A stretch of 64,000 nt of DNA, from assembly GCA_934636825.1 (NCBI GenBank), contig CAKUBG010000013.1:1234-65233 (forward strand), read 5' to 3'. This document shows, piece after piece, positions 9,832-19,303 of this stretch. This DNA comes from an uncultured bacterium. GTDB taxonomy: Bacteria; Vulcanimicrobiota; Xenobia; Xenobiales; Xenobiaceae. Both the position numbers and the translations under genes were made by a program. The notes beneath the pieces are model-generated. The model was given only the letters and a program-made list of their open reading frames with translations. It was not told where the DNA came from and did no database searches. Every line of letters begins with the position of its first letter. Positions within the stretch are counted from its first letter, which is position 1.

Positions 9832-11661
9832 ATGAAAGGTCATAAGCTTTTAGCCCTAGTGCTGGCTTTTGCCGCTTTTTATTTTTGTGCCCTTCAGGCT
9901 GCTTGGGCTGCTGATGTTGTTTTAGGTGGACAAGTTGTCTTTCGTATCAGCGACGAAGAGCAAGCGGAAAGAATTTCTGAGAAGATCGAAGCTATGTTGC
10001 AAAGGGGCGCTTCCTCTTCTTCAATTAAGGTAGTTCGCAAAGAAATTGCCGGAACGACAGACAAAAAAACTACTGAGGCTAGCGATAAAAATAACAATAA
10101 AGCCAAAAAGTCTGTGTATAAGATCTATTGGGGCAGTGAATTAATTATTGAAGTTAATGATGAAATTGCCAAACAAAATGGCTCTTCACCGGAGGCTTTG
10201 GCCAATCTTTGGGCTTCTAATATGCGCAATATCGTTGATATTGGCCTCTTAAATGTTGATACAGCTCGTGCTATTTTAGCTGTCAATGCCGAAAAAACCA
10301 TCTCAGCTACCGGCTTAGCTAACGGGCCGTTAATCGTAGAAGAAGCTGCCGGGGTCGTGGATATTGATGTCGATCAAGACAACGGATTGATAAAATTAAC
10401 TGGTAGAAGAGTAGGTAAATCTTCTCTTATTATCAGCAAAGGCGTAGCCTCGGTTACGGTATTTGTGCAAGTAAAAGACTGGGCAGGCAAATTGCCTCAG
10501 TCGGTTACTGTAGAAGTCAGCGGTACTCCGGCCCAGGCTGACGCCGTCTCTCAAGCTGTTATGCTTTCTATTGCGGCCAATACTTTTGTGCAACCAGGAT
10601 GTAGTGTCTATGTAGACGATACCAATTTCCACCCTGTGCCTGTACCTAAAGGCGATAGCATGCGCTTGAGCGTACCTGTAGGTATAAACGCTTCTGATGA
10701 CTATTTCGCTGTAAGAGGCGATGTAAATGTATTGATCCAAAATATTGACATACCTTATGTCGAACAAAATTTGCTTTTAGTGAGTAATCGTCCTGAAAGA
10801 GTTGATACTGACGGTGTGCTTATGAAATACAATTTCAAAAAGCGCGAACCTAGTCGCTTGATGTTTTCTCACCTTAATGCTTCGGCTAAAAATCGTTATT
10901 TATGGATCAACTTGGCTAATTTGAATGATGAGCCGGTAAAAATAGTAATTAGCAGAACTTCAGCCGGACCTGAACGCAGTGAAATCTACGTTGGACAAAC
11001 TGCTGCTAAGCGCTTCTTGGAAAATTTGGCTTGCCATTCCGGATATGTAATTACTTTGCCGCCCAATTCCGCTTTAGAATTAGCTTCTTATGTCATGCGT
11101 CCTGAAGCTTTGGTGAGTGGTTTTATAAACTTTCAAATTTTGGAAGGGCCTAGCGCTACTGTGGAAGTGCGCAGTGCCTTGAATCCAAATTGTAACGATG
11201 GACGCACGCTTCCGGAAATTGGTGCTCCTTTTAATCCTTTTAAGATCCATCCTCATGGAGTATTTGCTCAGCCTTATTTTGAAAATGAAGGTGAGTTTGT
11301 GGTTGGTGGCAGTCCTTTAACCTTCCGCTACGGAGAAAGTCCTTGGCTGATCGACTTCGAGACTGGTTTGCCCAATACTGGAAATTTTGGTGTTCTTTAT
11401 AAATCTTTGGTTGAACTGAAGAACCCGACCAGGCGTACCAAAACGGTTGGCCTTTACTTTACGCCTCTGTCAGGGCCAGGTGGAGCCAATTTTTTGATCG
11501 GTGATTCTGTTTATCAAGCTATTTTCCGCAAAAAAGGCGATGAAGTGCTGGTAGCCAAAATTGAGTTGTCTCCGGAATCGAGTAGTACAATAGAAATAAT
11601 TACTTTGCCGGAAGCGACTTCTTGCTATCCTGCGCAATATGAATTGCGCGAAATAGACTGA
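9832..11661 (+). CDS. Secreted hypothetical protein (609 aa) embedded in the lipid A cluster; start revised to ATG 9832
   Basis: GGAG RBS precedes the ATG. Signal peptide KLLALVLAFAAFYFCALQAAWA. No recognisable catalytic motifs. Does not end in an aromatic residue, so it is not an obvious outer-membrane barrel. Confidence 0.55.
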   Translation: MKGHKLLALVLAFAAFYFCALQAAWAADVVLGGQVVFRISDEEQAERISEKIEAMLQRGASSSSIKVVRKEIAGTTDKKTTEASDKNNNKAKKSVYKIYWGSELIIEVNDEIAKQNGSSPEALANLWASNMRNIVDIGLLNVDTARAILAVNAEKTISATGLANGPLIVEEAAGVVDIDVDQDNGLIKLTGRRVGKSSLIISKGVASVTVFVQVKDWAGKLPQSVTVEVSGTPAQADAVSQAVMLSIAANTFVQPGCSVYVDDTNFHPVPVPKGDSMRLSVPVGINASDDYFAVRGDVNVLIQNIDIPYVEQNLLLVSNRPERVDTDGVLMKYNFKKREPSRLMFSHLNASAKNRYLWINLANLNDEPVKIVISRTSAGPERSEIYVGQTAAKRFLENLACHSGYVITLPPNSALELASYVMRPEALVSGFINFQILEGPSATVEVRSALNPNCNDGRTLPEIGAPFNPFKIHPHGVFAQPYFENEGEFVVGGSPLTFRYGESPWLIDFETGLPNTGNFGVLYKSLVELKNPTRRTKTVGLYFTPLSGPGGANFLIGDSVYQAIFRKKGDEVLVAKIELSPESSSTIEIITLPEATSCYPAQYELREID

Positions 11662-11852
11662 GTTTTATTCAGACTCACATTTGAGTAAGGTCTGTCTATA
11701 CCGATACGGTTGGGCAGACTTTATTTTTTGTCGTTTGATAAATGTGTGCTTAGGTTGCTTCGGGCCAAAAATGGAGGAATAGCCAATTTTATATAAAAAA
11801 GTTGGCGGAGTTTTTAATCAATTATATTACAGTCGTTGGGGAGAACATTTCC

Positions 11853-12686
11853 ATGTGCAGAGCGCAGCGTACTTTAGCTGAAGAGATCTCTTTTGAGGGA
11901 GTGGGTATCCATACCGGCAAGCTCGGTCACTTAACTATAAAACCTGCTTCTGTCGATCATGGAATCGTTTTTTTGAGTGGCGGGGAATATATTCCGGCTA
12001 CTTATGAGTATGTTGTCTCTACTAAACGTTCTACTTCTTTAGGAAAAGGCCAAGCTGTAGTCGGCACGGTAGAACACTTGATGGCTGCTTTAGGTGGCTT
12101 GTCCATAGATAATGCGTTAATAGAAATCGATGGGCCAGAAGTGCCTATTTTAGACGGCTCTGCTTTGCCTTTTTGCCAAGCTATAGAAAAGGCTGGTATT
12201 GTAAATCAGAAAAATAGCGAAGTAGAAGATTATTATATTGAAGAGCCCATTTTTGTTGCTGAAGGTGAAGGGTTGGTTTTAGCCATGCCTGACTCGCAGT
12301 ACAACTTGGAGGGAGCCGTTAGCTACGCCAGTCCGCAAGTTGGCAATCAGCGCTTCCGCTACTGCGGTTATGACAACTTTGTTACTCATGTCGCTCCCGC
12401 TCGCACTTTCGGTTTTTGGTCAGAAGTAAAAAGTTTGTTGGAAAATGGCCTGGGGCAGGGTGGCGATCTTTCCAACGCTTTGATTTATGATCGTCCCGGT
12501 TTTGATGTGGAAAGCGCTCAACGTTTCGTCAACGAGCCTGTGCGCCATAAAGTTTTGGATTTAGCTGGCGATCTTTGTTTGCTTGGTCGTCCTTTGCGGG
12601 CTTTTGTCTTAGCTGTTCGTGCCGGTCATAAATTGCATGTGGAATTCGTTCGTAAAGTCGCTGAGGAGATGCATAAAAATGCTTAA
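11853..12686 (+). CDS. lpxC: UDP-3-O-acyl-N-acetylglucosamine deacetylase LpxC; start revised
   Basis: RBS GGGGAGA. LpxC N-terminus (RAQRTLAEEISFEGVGIHTGK). Family-typical length. Confidence 0.8.
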   Translation: MCRAQRTLAEEISFEGVGIHTGKLGHLTIKPASVDHGIVFLSGGEYIPATYEYVVSTKRSTSLGKGQAVVGTVEHLMAALGGLSIDNALIEIDGPEVPILDGSALPFCQAIEKAGIVNQKNSEVEDYYIEEPIFVAEGEGLVLAMPDSQYNLEGAVSYASPQVGNQRFRYCGYDNFVTHVAPARTFGFWSEVKSLLENGLGQGGDLSNALIYDRPGFDVESAQRFVNEPVRHKVLDLAGDLCLLGRPLRAFVLAVRAGHKLHVEFVRKVAEEMHKNA

Positions 12687-13104
12687 TATCAAAGATATCT
12701 TACATAGGACTCCCTACAAGAGCCCCATGCTTTTTGTTGATGTTGTCACTGAACTCAACTTCCCGGAAATCTCAGGCTATAAAAATATAACTATGGCTGA
12801 GCCCCATTTCGAAGGCCATTTTCCCGGCAATCCCATTATGCCAGGTGTTTTGCAAATGGAAGCTTTAGCTCAGCTTTGTTGGTTGCTTTATGTCGGTAAT
12901 GACAATGCCCCCATAAAAGCTTCTACTTTAGATTTAGTTGGGGCTAAAAAATTCAAATTTAGAACTCAAGTAGTGCCGGGGGATCGCCTCGAACTTTATG
13001 CCAAAGAAATAGAACGTGATGACAAAAATGTTACTTTGTCTGTACGCGCTCGTGTAGGAGAAAATACCGCTTGCGAAGGTGTGCTTACTTTCGCTTGGCA
13101 TTAG
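12679..13104 (+). CDS. fabZ: 3-hydroxyacyl-ACP dehydratase FabZ; start revised
   Basis: RBS GAGGAG. Hot-dog-fold motif FEGHFPGNPIMPGVLQMEALAQ. Overlaps the lpxC stop by 8 nt. Not fused to lpxC. Confidence 0.8.
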   Translation: MLNIKDILHRTPYKSPMLFVDVVTELNFPEISGYKNITMAEPHFEGHFPGNPIMPGVLQMEALAQLCWLLYVGNDNAPIKASTLDLVGAKKFKFRTQVVPGDRLELYAKEIERDDKNVTLSVRARVGENTACEGVLTFAWH

Positions 13105-13218
13105 AAGCGGTCTTTGTCGCTCGTTTGTTGTAGGAAACTGCCTTTTAGCGGGCGAAATAAGCGCATTTTCACGTGTTAGCTTTTAACGGATACGGAATTG
13201 TTGGGAGGAAGCATAAGT

Positions 13219-14157
13219 ATGAAGCCAATTAGAGTTGGCGTAGTCGGTATCGGCAGTATGGGTAGGAACCATGCTCGAGTGTGTTCTGAGCTGCCTCAGA
13301 TCGAATTGGCAGGTATTGTAGATCTTGATGAAGTCAAGGTCGCTCCTTTAGCTGGGCAATACGGTACGAAATATTATAAAGATTATCAAAGCCTTTATGG
13401 AAAAATTGACGGCGTAGTTATCGTTTCTCCTACTCCGCTCCACTACCAAATAGCTCAAGATTTTTTAGAGCATGGCATACATGTTTTAGTTGAAAAACCC
13501 ATTACTGTGGAAGTGGAACAAGCCAAGCGTTTGGTGGCTTTGGCCAAAGAGAAGAACTTAATTCTGCAAGTCGGCCATTTGGAACGCTTCAATCCTGCTA
13601 TTCTTAAGCTTAAAGAAATGGTGGGCACTCCCGTTCTTATCGAATGTCATCGCCTGTCTGGCCCTACGACCCGCAACTTAGATGTTGGTATTATTTGGGA
13701 TTTAATGATCCACGATTTTGATATCCTTTTGAGTTTGTATAAGTCTCCGGCGGAAGAAATTCATGCCATGGGCGCTTCTATCTACTCTAAATTTGAGGAT
13801 GTGGCTCATGTACAAATCCGTTTTGAGTGTGGCGCTGTAGCTAGTTTGGTAGCCAGCCGCAACTCTGGTGAGCGTAAGCGTTGCTTAAAAATTACCGAGA
13901 ATACCGGGCGTGTATTCTCCTTGGATTTCATCAATCAAACTTTGACAATTTCGCGTCCAGGGCCGGACGGTCGCCCTCTGGAACCTGAATTTGTCAATAT
14001 CGAAAAAGAAGAACCTCTCCGTTTGGAACTTAGTAACTTTGCGGATTGTGTTGCCAACCATAAAGAGCCTGTCGTTTCTGGAGAAGACGGTGAGCGCGCT
14101 TTGGAGTTGGCTGTGCATGTATTGGAAAATATGCATAGGATTAAGATTGCCGAGTAG
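13219..14157 (+). CDS. Gfo/Idh/MocA-family NAD-dependent oxidoreductase; GnnA-like candidate
   Basis: RBS GGGAGG. Rossmann N-terminus (IRVGVVGIGSMGRNHARV). Located between fabZ and lpxA. Confidence 0.75.
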   Translation: MKPIRVGVVGIGSMGRNHARVCSELPQIELAGIVDLDEVKVAPLAGQYGTKYYKDYQSLYGKIDGVVIVSPTPLHYQIAQDFLEHGIHVLVEKPITVEVEQAKRLVALAKEKNLILQVGHLERFNPAILKLKEMVGTPVLIECHRLSGPTTRNLDVGIIWDLMIHDFDILLSLYKSPAEEIHAMGASIYSKFEDVAHVQIRFECGAVASLVASRNSGERKRCLKITENTGRVFSLDFINQTLTISRPGPDGRPLEPEFVNIEKEEPLRLELSNFADCVANHKEPVVSGEDGERALELAVHVLENMHRIKIAE

Positions 14158-14205
14158 TTTTTCTCCAATATTTAGTAATTTTTTGATCGAGAGGAGATTC
14201 TGAAA

Positions 14206-15015
14206 GTGATTCATCCCAGCGCTATAGTACACCCCAAGGCACGCATAGGCGAAGGTGTAGAAATCGGCCCCTTTTCCATTATCGGTGAGAATGTCGAAAT
14301 TGGTGACGGTACCAAAATTATGTCGTCTGTAGTGATTGATGGTTGGACGACTATAGGTAAAAACAATCGTATCTATCCTGGCGTGACTATTGGCTTAGCT
14401 CCTCAAGATTTTAGCTATAAAGGGCAGCGCTCTTTTGTAACTATTGGCGACAATAACGATTTTCGCGAATATGTAACTATACACAGAGCTGCCGATGAAG
14501 ATGGACTTACTTCGGTAGGCAGTGGCAATCTCTTAATGGCCAATGTTCATATCGCTCACAATTGTCGTATAGGAAATCAGGTGACTATGGCCAACTACGC
14601 CGGCTTAGCTGGTCATACTGTTGTTGACGATCAAGCTGTTTTGGGTGGTTTGGTTGGTATTCATCAGCATACTCGTATCGGTCGTCTTTGTATGGTAGGC
14701 GGTTGCTCTAAGATCAATAAAGATTTACCTCCTTTTAGTATTGTTGACGGCAATCCGTGCCGTTTATTTAGTATGAACTTTAGAGGTATGCGCCGTCGCG
14801 ACATATCTAAAGAAAGCCGCTTGGCTATACAAAAAGCTATTTTTATCCTTGGCTCCATGGGCTTAACTATTAGTGCCGCTATAGAACGCATTGATAGTGA
14901 ATTAGAGCACACTCCTGAGGTTGAGCAATTCTTAGACTTCTTGCGCGCCCCTTCGCGCATGGGAGTGCTCAATAAAGCCAGCAATGTGGGGGCCAGAACC
15001 CACAATAACGCCTAG
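14206..15015 (+). CDS. lpxA: UDP-N-acetylglucosamine O-acyltransferase LpxA
   Basis: GTG start after GAGAGGAG. Hexapeptide repeats (MIHPSAIVHPKARIGEGVEIGPFSIIGENVEIG). LpxA-like C-terminal helical domain. Confidence 0.8.
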   Translation: MIHPSAIVHPKARIGEGVEIGPFSIIGENVEIGDGTKIMSSVVIDGWTTIGKNNRIYPGVTIGLAPQDFSYKGQRSFVTIGDNNDFREYVTIHRAADEDGLTSVGSGNLLMANVHIAHNCRIGNQVTMANYAGLAGHTVVDDQAVLGGLVGIHQHTRIGRLCMVGGCSKINKDLPPFSIVDGNPCRLFSMNFRGMRRRDISKESRLAIQKAIFILGSMGLTISAAIERIDSELEHTPEVEQFLDFLRAPSRMGVLNKASNVGARTHNNA

Positions 15016-17479
15016 TTGGTGCATTTTGGCCAATAACCAGCATCAGCAATTATCCGCCTGCCCGCAGCTTACGGTTGCTATAATCGCTGTAGAGCCTTCC
15101 GGAGATCTTCACGGAGGAAATTTGGCTAAGGCTCTGCTGGCAATTAACCCCAACTTGAAGTTTGTCGGTGTAGGCGGTTCGCATATGGCCGCGTCGGGAG
15201 TGAAGCTGTGGTTAAAAACCACTGATATGGCTATCATCGGTCCCGGCGGGGCTCTTTTGTGTTTGCACAAGTATATATATCACTACTTATATGTGCGCTC
15301 TCATTTGCTTGAAGCTAAGCCCCATCTGACTATTTTGATAGATTGTCCGGCTGTAAATATGCGTTATGCTGGTCTTTTAACCAGATATGGCTACAATTCT
15401 GTCTATTATTTCCCACCTTCAGCCTGGACAACGAGCGAAGCTCGCTTGCGTCAAATTTTTAGTCGCACTGACAGAGTTATTTGCACTTTTTTAAGCAATG
15501 CCGAAAATTACCGTCGTTTCGGTATGGAAGTTGATTTTTTCGGCCATCCCTTGTTGGATATGCCCGAATTGTCTATATCTCCTGAAGAGGCCAAGCGTAT
15601 TCTTGGTCTATCCGGAGAAAATATTTTAGCTATTTTGCCTGGCAGTCGGACGCCGGAAATAAAGTATCTTTTACCTACTTTTTTGAATATCGCTGAAAAA
15701 TTGCATGCAGAAAAGCCTGATTTGCAAGTTTTGATTCCGTGCGCTACCGAAAACTTGCACAGCCAAATCACCGAGATAATGGGAGATAGGTTCCCTTATG
15801 TACGCCTTCTTGATGGTCAGTCTCGTTTGGCTCTTTTATCTAGTCGAGCCGCTCTCATGAGCTCCGGTACGGCCAGTTTAGAAGCTGCTATTTTGGGCAC
15901 TCCTATGGTTTTAGCCTATAAGTTGTGCCCATTCGATGCTGCTGTGGGACGTTTTTTGCTTTGGGCCCATATTTTAAAAATAGATCATATCGGCTTGCCA
16001 AGTTTGGTAGTAGGTAAACGCATTGTTCCTGAATTTATTCAAGATGAAGTTAATGCCGAAAATATACTTCCACATTTGCGCAATTTTATGTCTGATACTC
16101 CTGAACGCCGTCAAATAAAACAAGATCTTTTGGATATGAAAAATTCTATGGGATCTCCGGGAGTTGTTGATAAAATAGCGGCTTCACTTTACGAGCGCAT
16201 TAAAAATAATGCTGAGCGCCGTCAAAAAGAGCCGTTTGATATTGTCATTACTTCTAATTCTCCTGGTGAAGTTGCTGCTTGGGTACGTCGCACTGTGGCC
16301 CATTTGGAAATAGCCAATCAAGGATTGTTTAGAGTAATAGTTGCTCTAGTTCCTTGCCCTTATGCTTCTGGGGCTGAAGCGGAAGTAGCTGCCTCTTTAC
16401 CCGGTGTGTCTGTTGTTTTGAAGCCTAGTCAGACTTTGCGCTTAATGCTTGGTTTATTTAACGATTTTAAATTTCGGCAGCGCGGCGTAGTTGTTTTCTT
16501 AGGCGGTGACTTACTCCATGCCAAAATTTTAGCTTGGCGTTTACGATACAAATCGGTGGCTTATGCCGTTAGATATAATTACTTTTTGCCTTATTTTGAC
16601 AAAGTAGCTGCTTCGGATACTGCTTTAGCTAAGGAGTTGGAAGAGGCTGGAATAAAGGAAGTTGTCAGTATTGGCAATTTGAGCATTGATGGTGTTTTTT
16701 CCGAAGTAGATCGCGAGTCTGCTTTGCAAAATAAAGAAAAGCGTGGCTCCTGGAAGATCGGTATTTTTCCGGGATCGCGTTTCTTGCACACTAAGATAGC
16801 TTTGGGAGTCTTTTTACGGGTAGCTGCTCTCATAAAGACGCGTTATCCTCAAGTAGATTTCGTACTCTCAGTCTCTCCTTTTGTTTCTAAAGCCAGATTA
16901 GAATCTGCTCTTTACCATCCTATAAGTTTGGGATTGCCTATAGCTAAAGGAAAGTTGGTAAGATCTGATTGTATTTTGGTAGATTGTCCCCATGAAGCTG
17001 AAGGTACAGCTGGACGTAGTTTTGAGGTAGAAGTGCTTTGGGGCCATCCTTACCAGGCTATTGCTGAAATTGATATGGCTCTTACTATTCCCGGAACTAA
17101 TACCGGAGAATTGGGAAGTTGCGGAAAACCGATGGTAGTGGGGCTGTCAGCTGATGCCTCTTTACCAAGAGGCGGAATCGGTGGTCTCTTAGAAAATGCG
17201 CCTCTTCTTTCTAAGATAAAACGTTACTTGCGTTTGCGCTCCTATGCTCGCCATGGTTTTGCTGCTATACCAAATCGTATCGCTTCACGTTTAGTCGTTC
17301 CTGAAGTTTTGGTTAAAAAAGATACTTCTGTTTTGGCTAAGCCTATTTTTGAATGGATTGAAGATCCTAAAAAATATGCGCAAACGGTTGAAGATCTGAA
17401 AAAGACTATGGGAACTACCGAAGGGGCCGGCCAACGCATGGCCGAGCTTATTTTAACAGCGGTGGCTTTAGAACAATGA
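14984..17479 (+). CDS. lpxB: Lipid-A-disaccharide synthase LpxB fused to a second ~430-aa LpxB-related domain
   Basis: LpxB N-terminal signature (TVAIIAVEPSGDLHGGNLAKAL). 831 aa, versus ~380 aa for stand-alone LpxB. Exact start uncertain: ATG 14984 overlaps lpxA by 32 nt and a TTG at 15026 is an alternative. Confidence 0.7.
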   Translation: MWGPEPTITPSWCILANNQHQQLSACPQLTVAIIAVEPSGDLHGGNLAKALLAINPNLKFVGVGGSHMAASGVKLWLKTTDMAIIGPGGALLCLHKYIYHYLYVRSHLLEAKPHLTILIDCPAVNMRYAGLLTRYGYNSVYYFPPSAWTTSEARLRQIFSRTDRVICTFLSNAENYRRFGMEVDFFGHPLLDMPELSISPEEAKRILGLSGENILAILPGSRTPEIKYLLPTFLNIAEKLHAEKPDLQVLIPCATENLHSQITEIMGDRFPYVRLLDGQSRLALLSSRAALMSSGTASLEAAILGTPMVLAYKLCPFDAAVGRFLLWAHILKIDHIGLPSLVVGKRIVPEFIQDEVNAENILPHLRNFMSDTPERRQIKQDLLDMKNSMGSPGVVDKIAASLYERIKNNAERRQKEPFDIVITSNSPGEVAAWVRRTVAHLEIANQGLFRVIVALVPCPYASGAEAEVAASLPGVSVVLKPSQTLRLMLGLFNDFKFRQRGVVVFLGGDLLHAKILAWRLRYKSVAYAVRYNYFLPYFDKVAASDTALAKELEEAGIKEVVSIGNLSIDGVFSEVDRESALQNKEKRGSWKIGIFPGSRFLHTKIALGVFLRVAALIKTRYPQVDFVLSVSPFVSKARLESALYHPISLGLPIAKGKLVRSDCILVDCPHEAEGTAGRSFEVEVLWGHPYQAIAEIDMALTIPGTNTGELGSCGKPMVVGLSADASLPRGGIGGLLENAPLLSKIKRYLRLRSYARHGFAAIPNRIASRLVVPEVLVKKDTSVLAKPIFEWIEDPKKYAQTVEDLKKTMGTTEGAGQRMAELILTAVALEQ

Positions 17480-18141
17480 AAATTCCTGATAAAAACAAAA
17501 AGATGGCTCCGCCTTTTATTTTTAAATGGCGCGGTCTCATAATGGCTATGGTTACCGCAATTATTTTGATAGTAGCTCACCCAACTGTAGGGTCGTGTTG
17601 CTGGGGAATAGCGCTGGCTATTTGGGGCGAAATGTTACGCTCTTGGGCTTTAGGATGGACTGGAGAGCATACGCGCAGCCAAGAGCTGAAAGCTTCGTTT
17701 TTGGTAACTAGTGGCCCTTATAAATATATACGCAACCCGCTTTATTTGGGAAATATCCTAACCGGGTGCGGCGTTATGGTTGCCTCGTGTGGTGCCCTTT
17801 CGTGGGTGGCCAGCTTAGCTACATGGCTTTTGGGATCTTTCTCTTTGTATGTAGTTTATGCTTCTTGCATAATTTCTGAAGAGGCTTTTCTGGCTGTCCG
17901 TTTTGGCGATATTTTTTTTAACTACAAAGCATGCACACCGGCGATCCTACCCAGTTGGCATTCCATCCCCGAATTTGTAAGAAGCTTTTTTTGCCCTAAT
18001 TGTGGAGCAAATAGCGATAAAGTCTATGAAGGAGAATCCTTCTCCTGGAAGTCGCTTCGTTTCGAGTATAGCACTTGGGGATGGCTGGTTTTTGTATGGC
18101 TGTTTCTTTTTATGAAAGCTGTTGGTAAGCTTCCGCTATAA
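17476..18141 (+). CDS. ICMT/Ste14-family membrane methyltransferase; LmtA-like candidate
   Basis: Multi-TM protein carrying the ICMT motif (YKYIRNPLYLGNIL). ATG overlaps the lpxB stop (ATGA). Confidence 0.65.
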   Translation: MKIPDKNKKMAPPFIFKWRGLIMAMVTAIILIVAHPTVGSCCWGIALAIWGEMLRSWALGWTGEHTRSQELKASFLVTSGPYKYIRNPLYLGNILTGCGVMVASCGALSWVASLATWLLGSFSLYVVYASCIISEEAFLAVRFGDIFFNYKACTPAILPSWHSIPEFVRSFFCPNCGANSDKVYEGESFSWKSLRFEYSTWGWLVFVWLFLFMKAVGKLPL

Positions 18142-19285
18142 TTGCAGCCATTCGCTCAGAGCCTCCTGGAGGCCCGAGTCTCTTGCGTCCGACTTCTGCA
18201 CGCCTTTGTCTTTCAGCTTTGTCTTGGATAAGGTTACATAAAGTTTCGACTATATCTGCATCGCGATCTTCGCTGACAATAAGTGAATCTCCAAGTAAGC
18301 CCTTTTGACGTGCTCTGTACCATTTTAAGTGGCTCATACCTCCCGGCTCGTAAGCTACTACTGGAATGCCCCAACCGGCGGCTTGCTCGTGGGCTGTTCC
18401 GGCTAGCCCCAAAGCTACTTGACTATATTGCAACACATCAGCTAAGTGGCCTTTTATTAAAAAAAAGCGGGCTCGAGGAGTAGTAGCTTCGTCTTTATAA
18501 GTTAAAGTATGCCAGCCGGGATAAGGGCAATCGCCCAAAGTAAAGTCAGAGCAGGCTTGAGCTAATTTTTCGGTATCTATAGAGGGGGCTACAGCTATAA
18601 AAGCACATATGTCCTTACCCAAACGTTTGGCTAACATTTGGCTCAATTTGAGTAAACGAGGCAACACTTGGTAGGTAGCTTTTCTGCTACCGGGGAAAAG
18701 AGCTAAGCCTATTTCTTTAGCTTCATCTAATGAAAAGTCCAAATCTTGGGGGATTAAACCGTCCATCATGGCATTGCCTACCCAAGCTGCTTTTACACCT
18801 TTTTGGCGTAGGCTTTCGGCAGTGGGTTCATCTCTAACTATGGAATGTACCTGGAAAGTTCTGAGGATGAAAGCTTCCAAAGTAGAATAAGGATGATGAT
18901 AATCCGATTTTGCCGTGCCTATAAAAGTAATGGGGCGTATGCCGGAAAGTATAGCCAATATAACCGGCCATAAATCACCTACAGCTACAATTTGATCAAA
19001 TTTCGAACGTTGACGGCGTAACCAAGCAATTTGCTTAAGCGTTAAGGAAAATAAACCTCCGCTTATGTCTTTCCATAAATTACGCCAATCTTCCTGAATA
19101 AGCCCTCCGCTAGGCATAAGTTGTCTGGGGCCCACGACTGGAGCTAAGCCCTCATAAGCAGAACCTTCTCCAACCAGAGGCATAGCTTCTCGGGGGAGCG
19201 ATTCCGGCAAGTCGGCTATAATCTGGCTGGCAATAGAATCTTCGCCTGCTCCGTTGGATATAAATAAGACACGATGAGAAGCCAT
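18110..19285 (-). CDS. LpxB-related glycosyltransferase-like protein (lipid-A-disaccharide-synthase-related family)
   Basis: 391 aa. N-terminal motif VLFISNGAGEDSIAS parallels DIVITSNSPGEVAAW at the start of the second domain of the lpxB fusion. Last gene of the minus-strand lipid A operon. Confidence 0.55.
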   Translation of the reverse strand: MASHRVLFISNGAGEDSIASQIIADLPESLPREAMPLVGEGSAYEGLAPVVGPRQLMPSGGLIQEDWRNLWKDISGGLFSLTLKQIAWLRRQRSKFDQIVAVGDLWPVILAILSGIRPITFIGTAKSDYHHPYSTLEAFILRTFQVHSIVRDEPTAESLRQKGVKAAWVGNAMMDGLIPQDLDFSLDEAKEIGLALFPGSRKATYQVLPRLLKLSQMLAKRLGKDICAFIAVAPSIDTEKLAQACSDFTLGDCPYPGWHTLTYKDEATTPRARFFLIKGHLADVLQYSQVALGLAGTAHEQAAGWGIPVVAYEPGGMSHLKWYRARQKGLLGDSLIVSEDRDADIVETLCNLIQDKAERQRRAEVGRKRLGPPGGSERMAAIIAEAYQQLS

Positions 19286-19303
19286 AATTTCCCTCTTAGA
19301 AAG

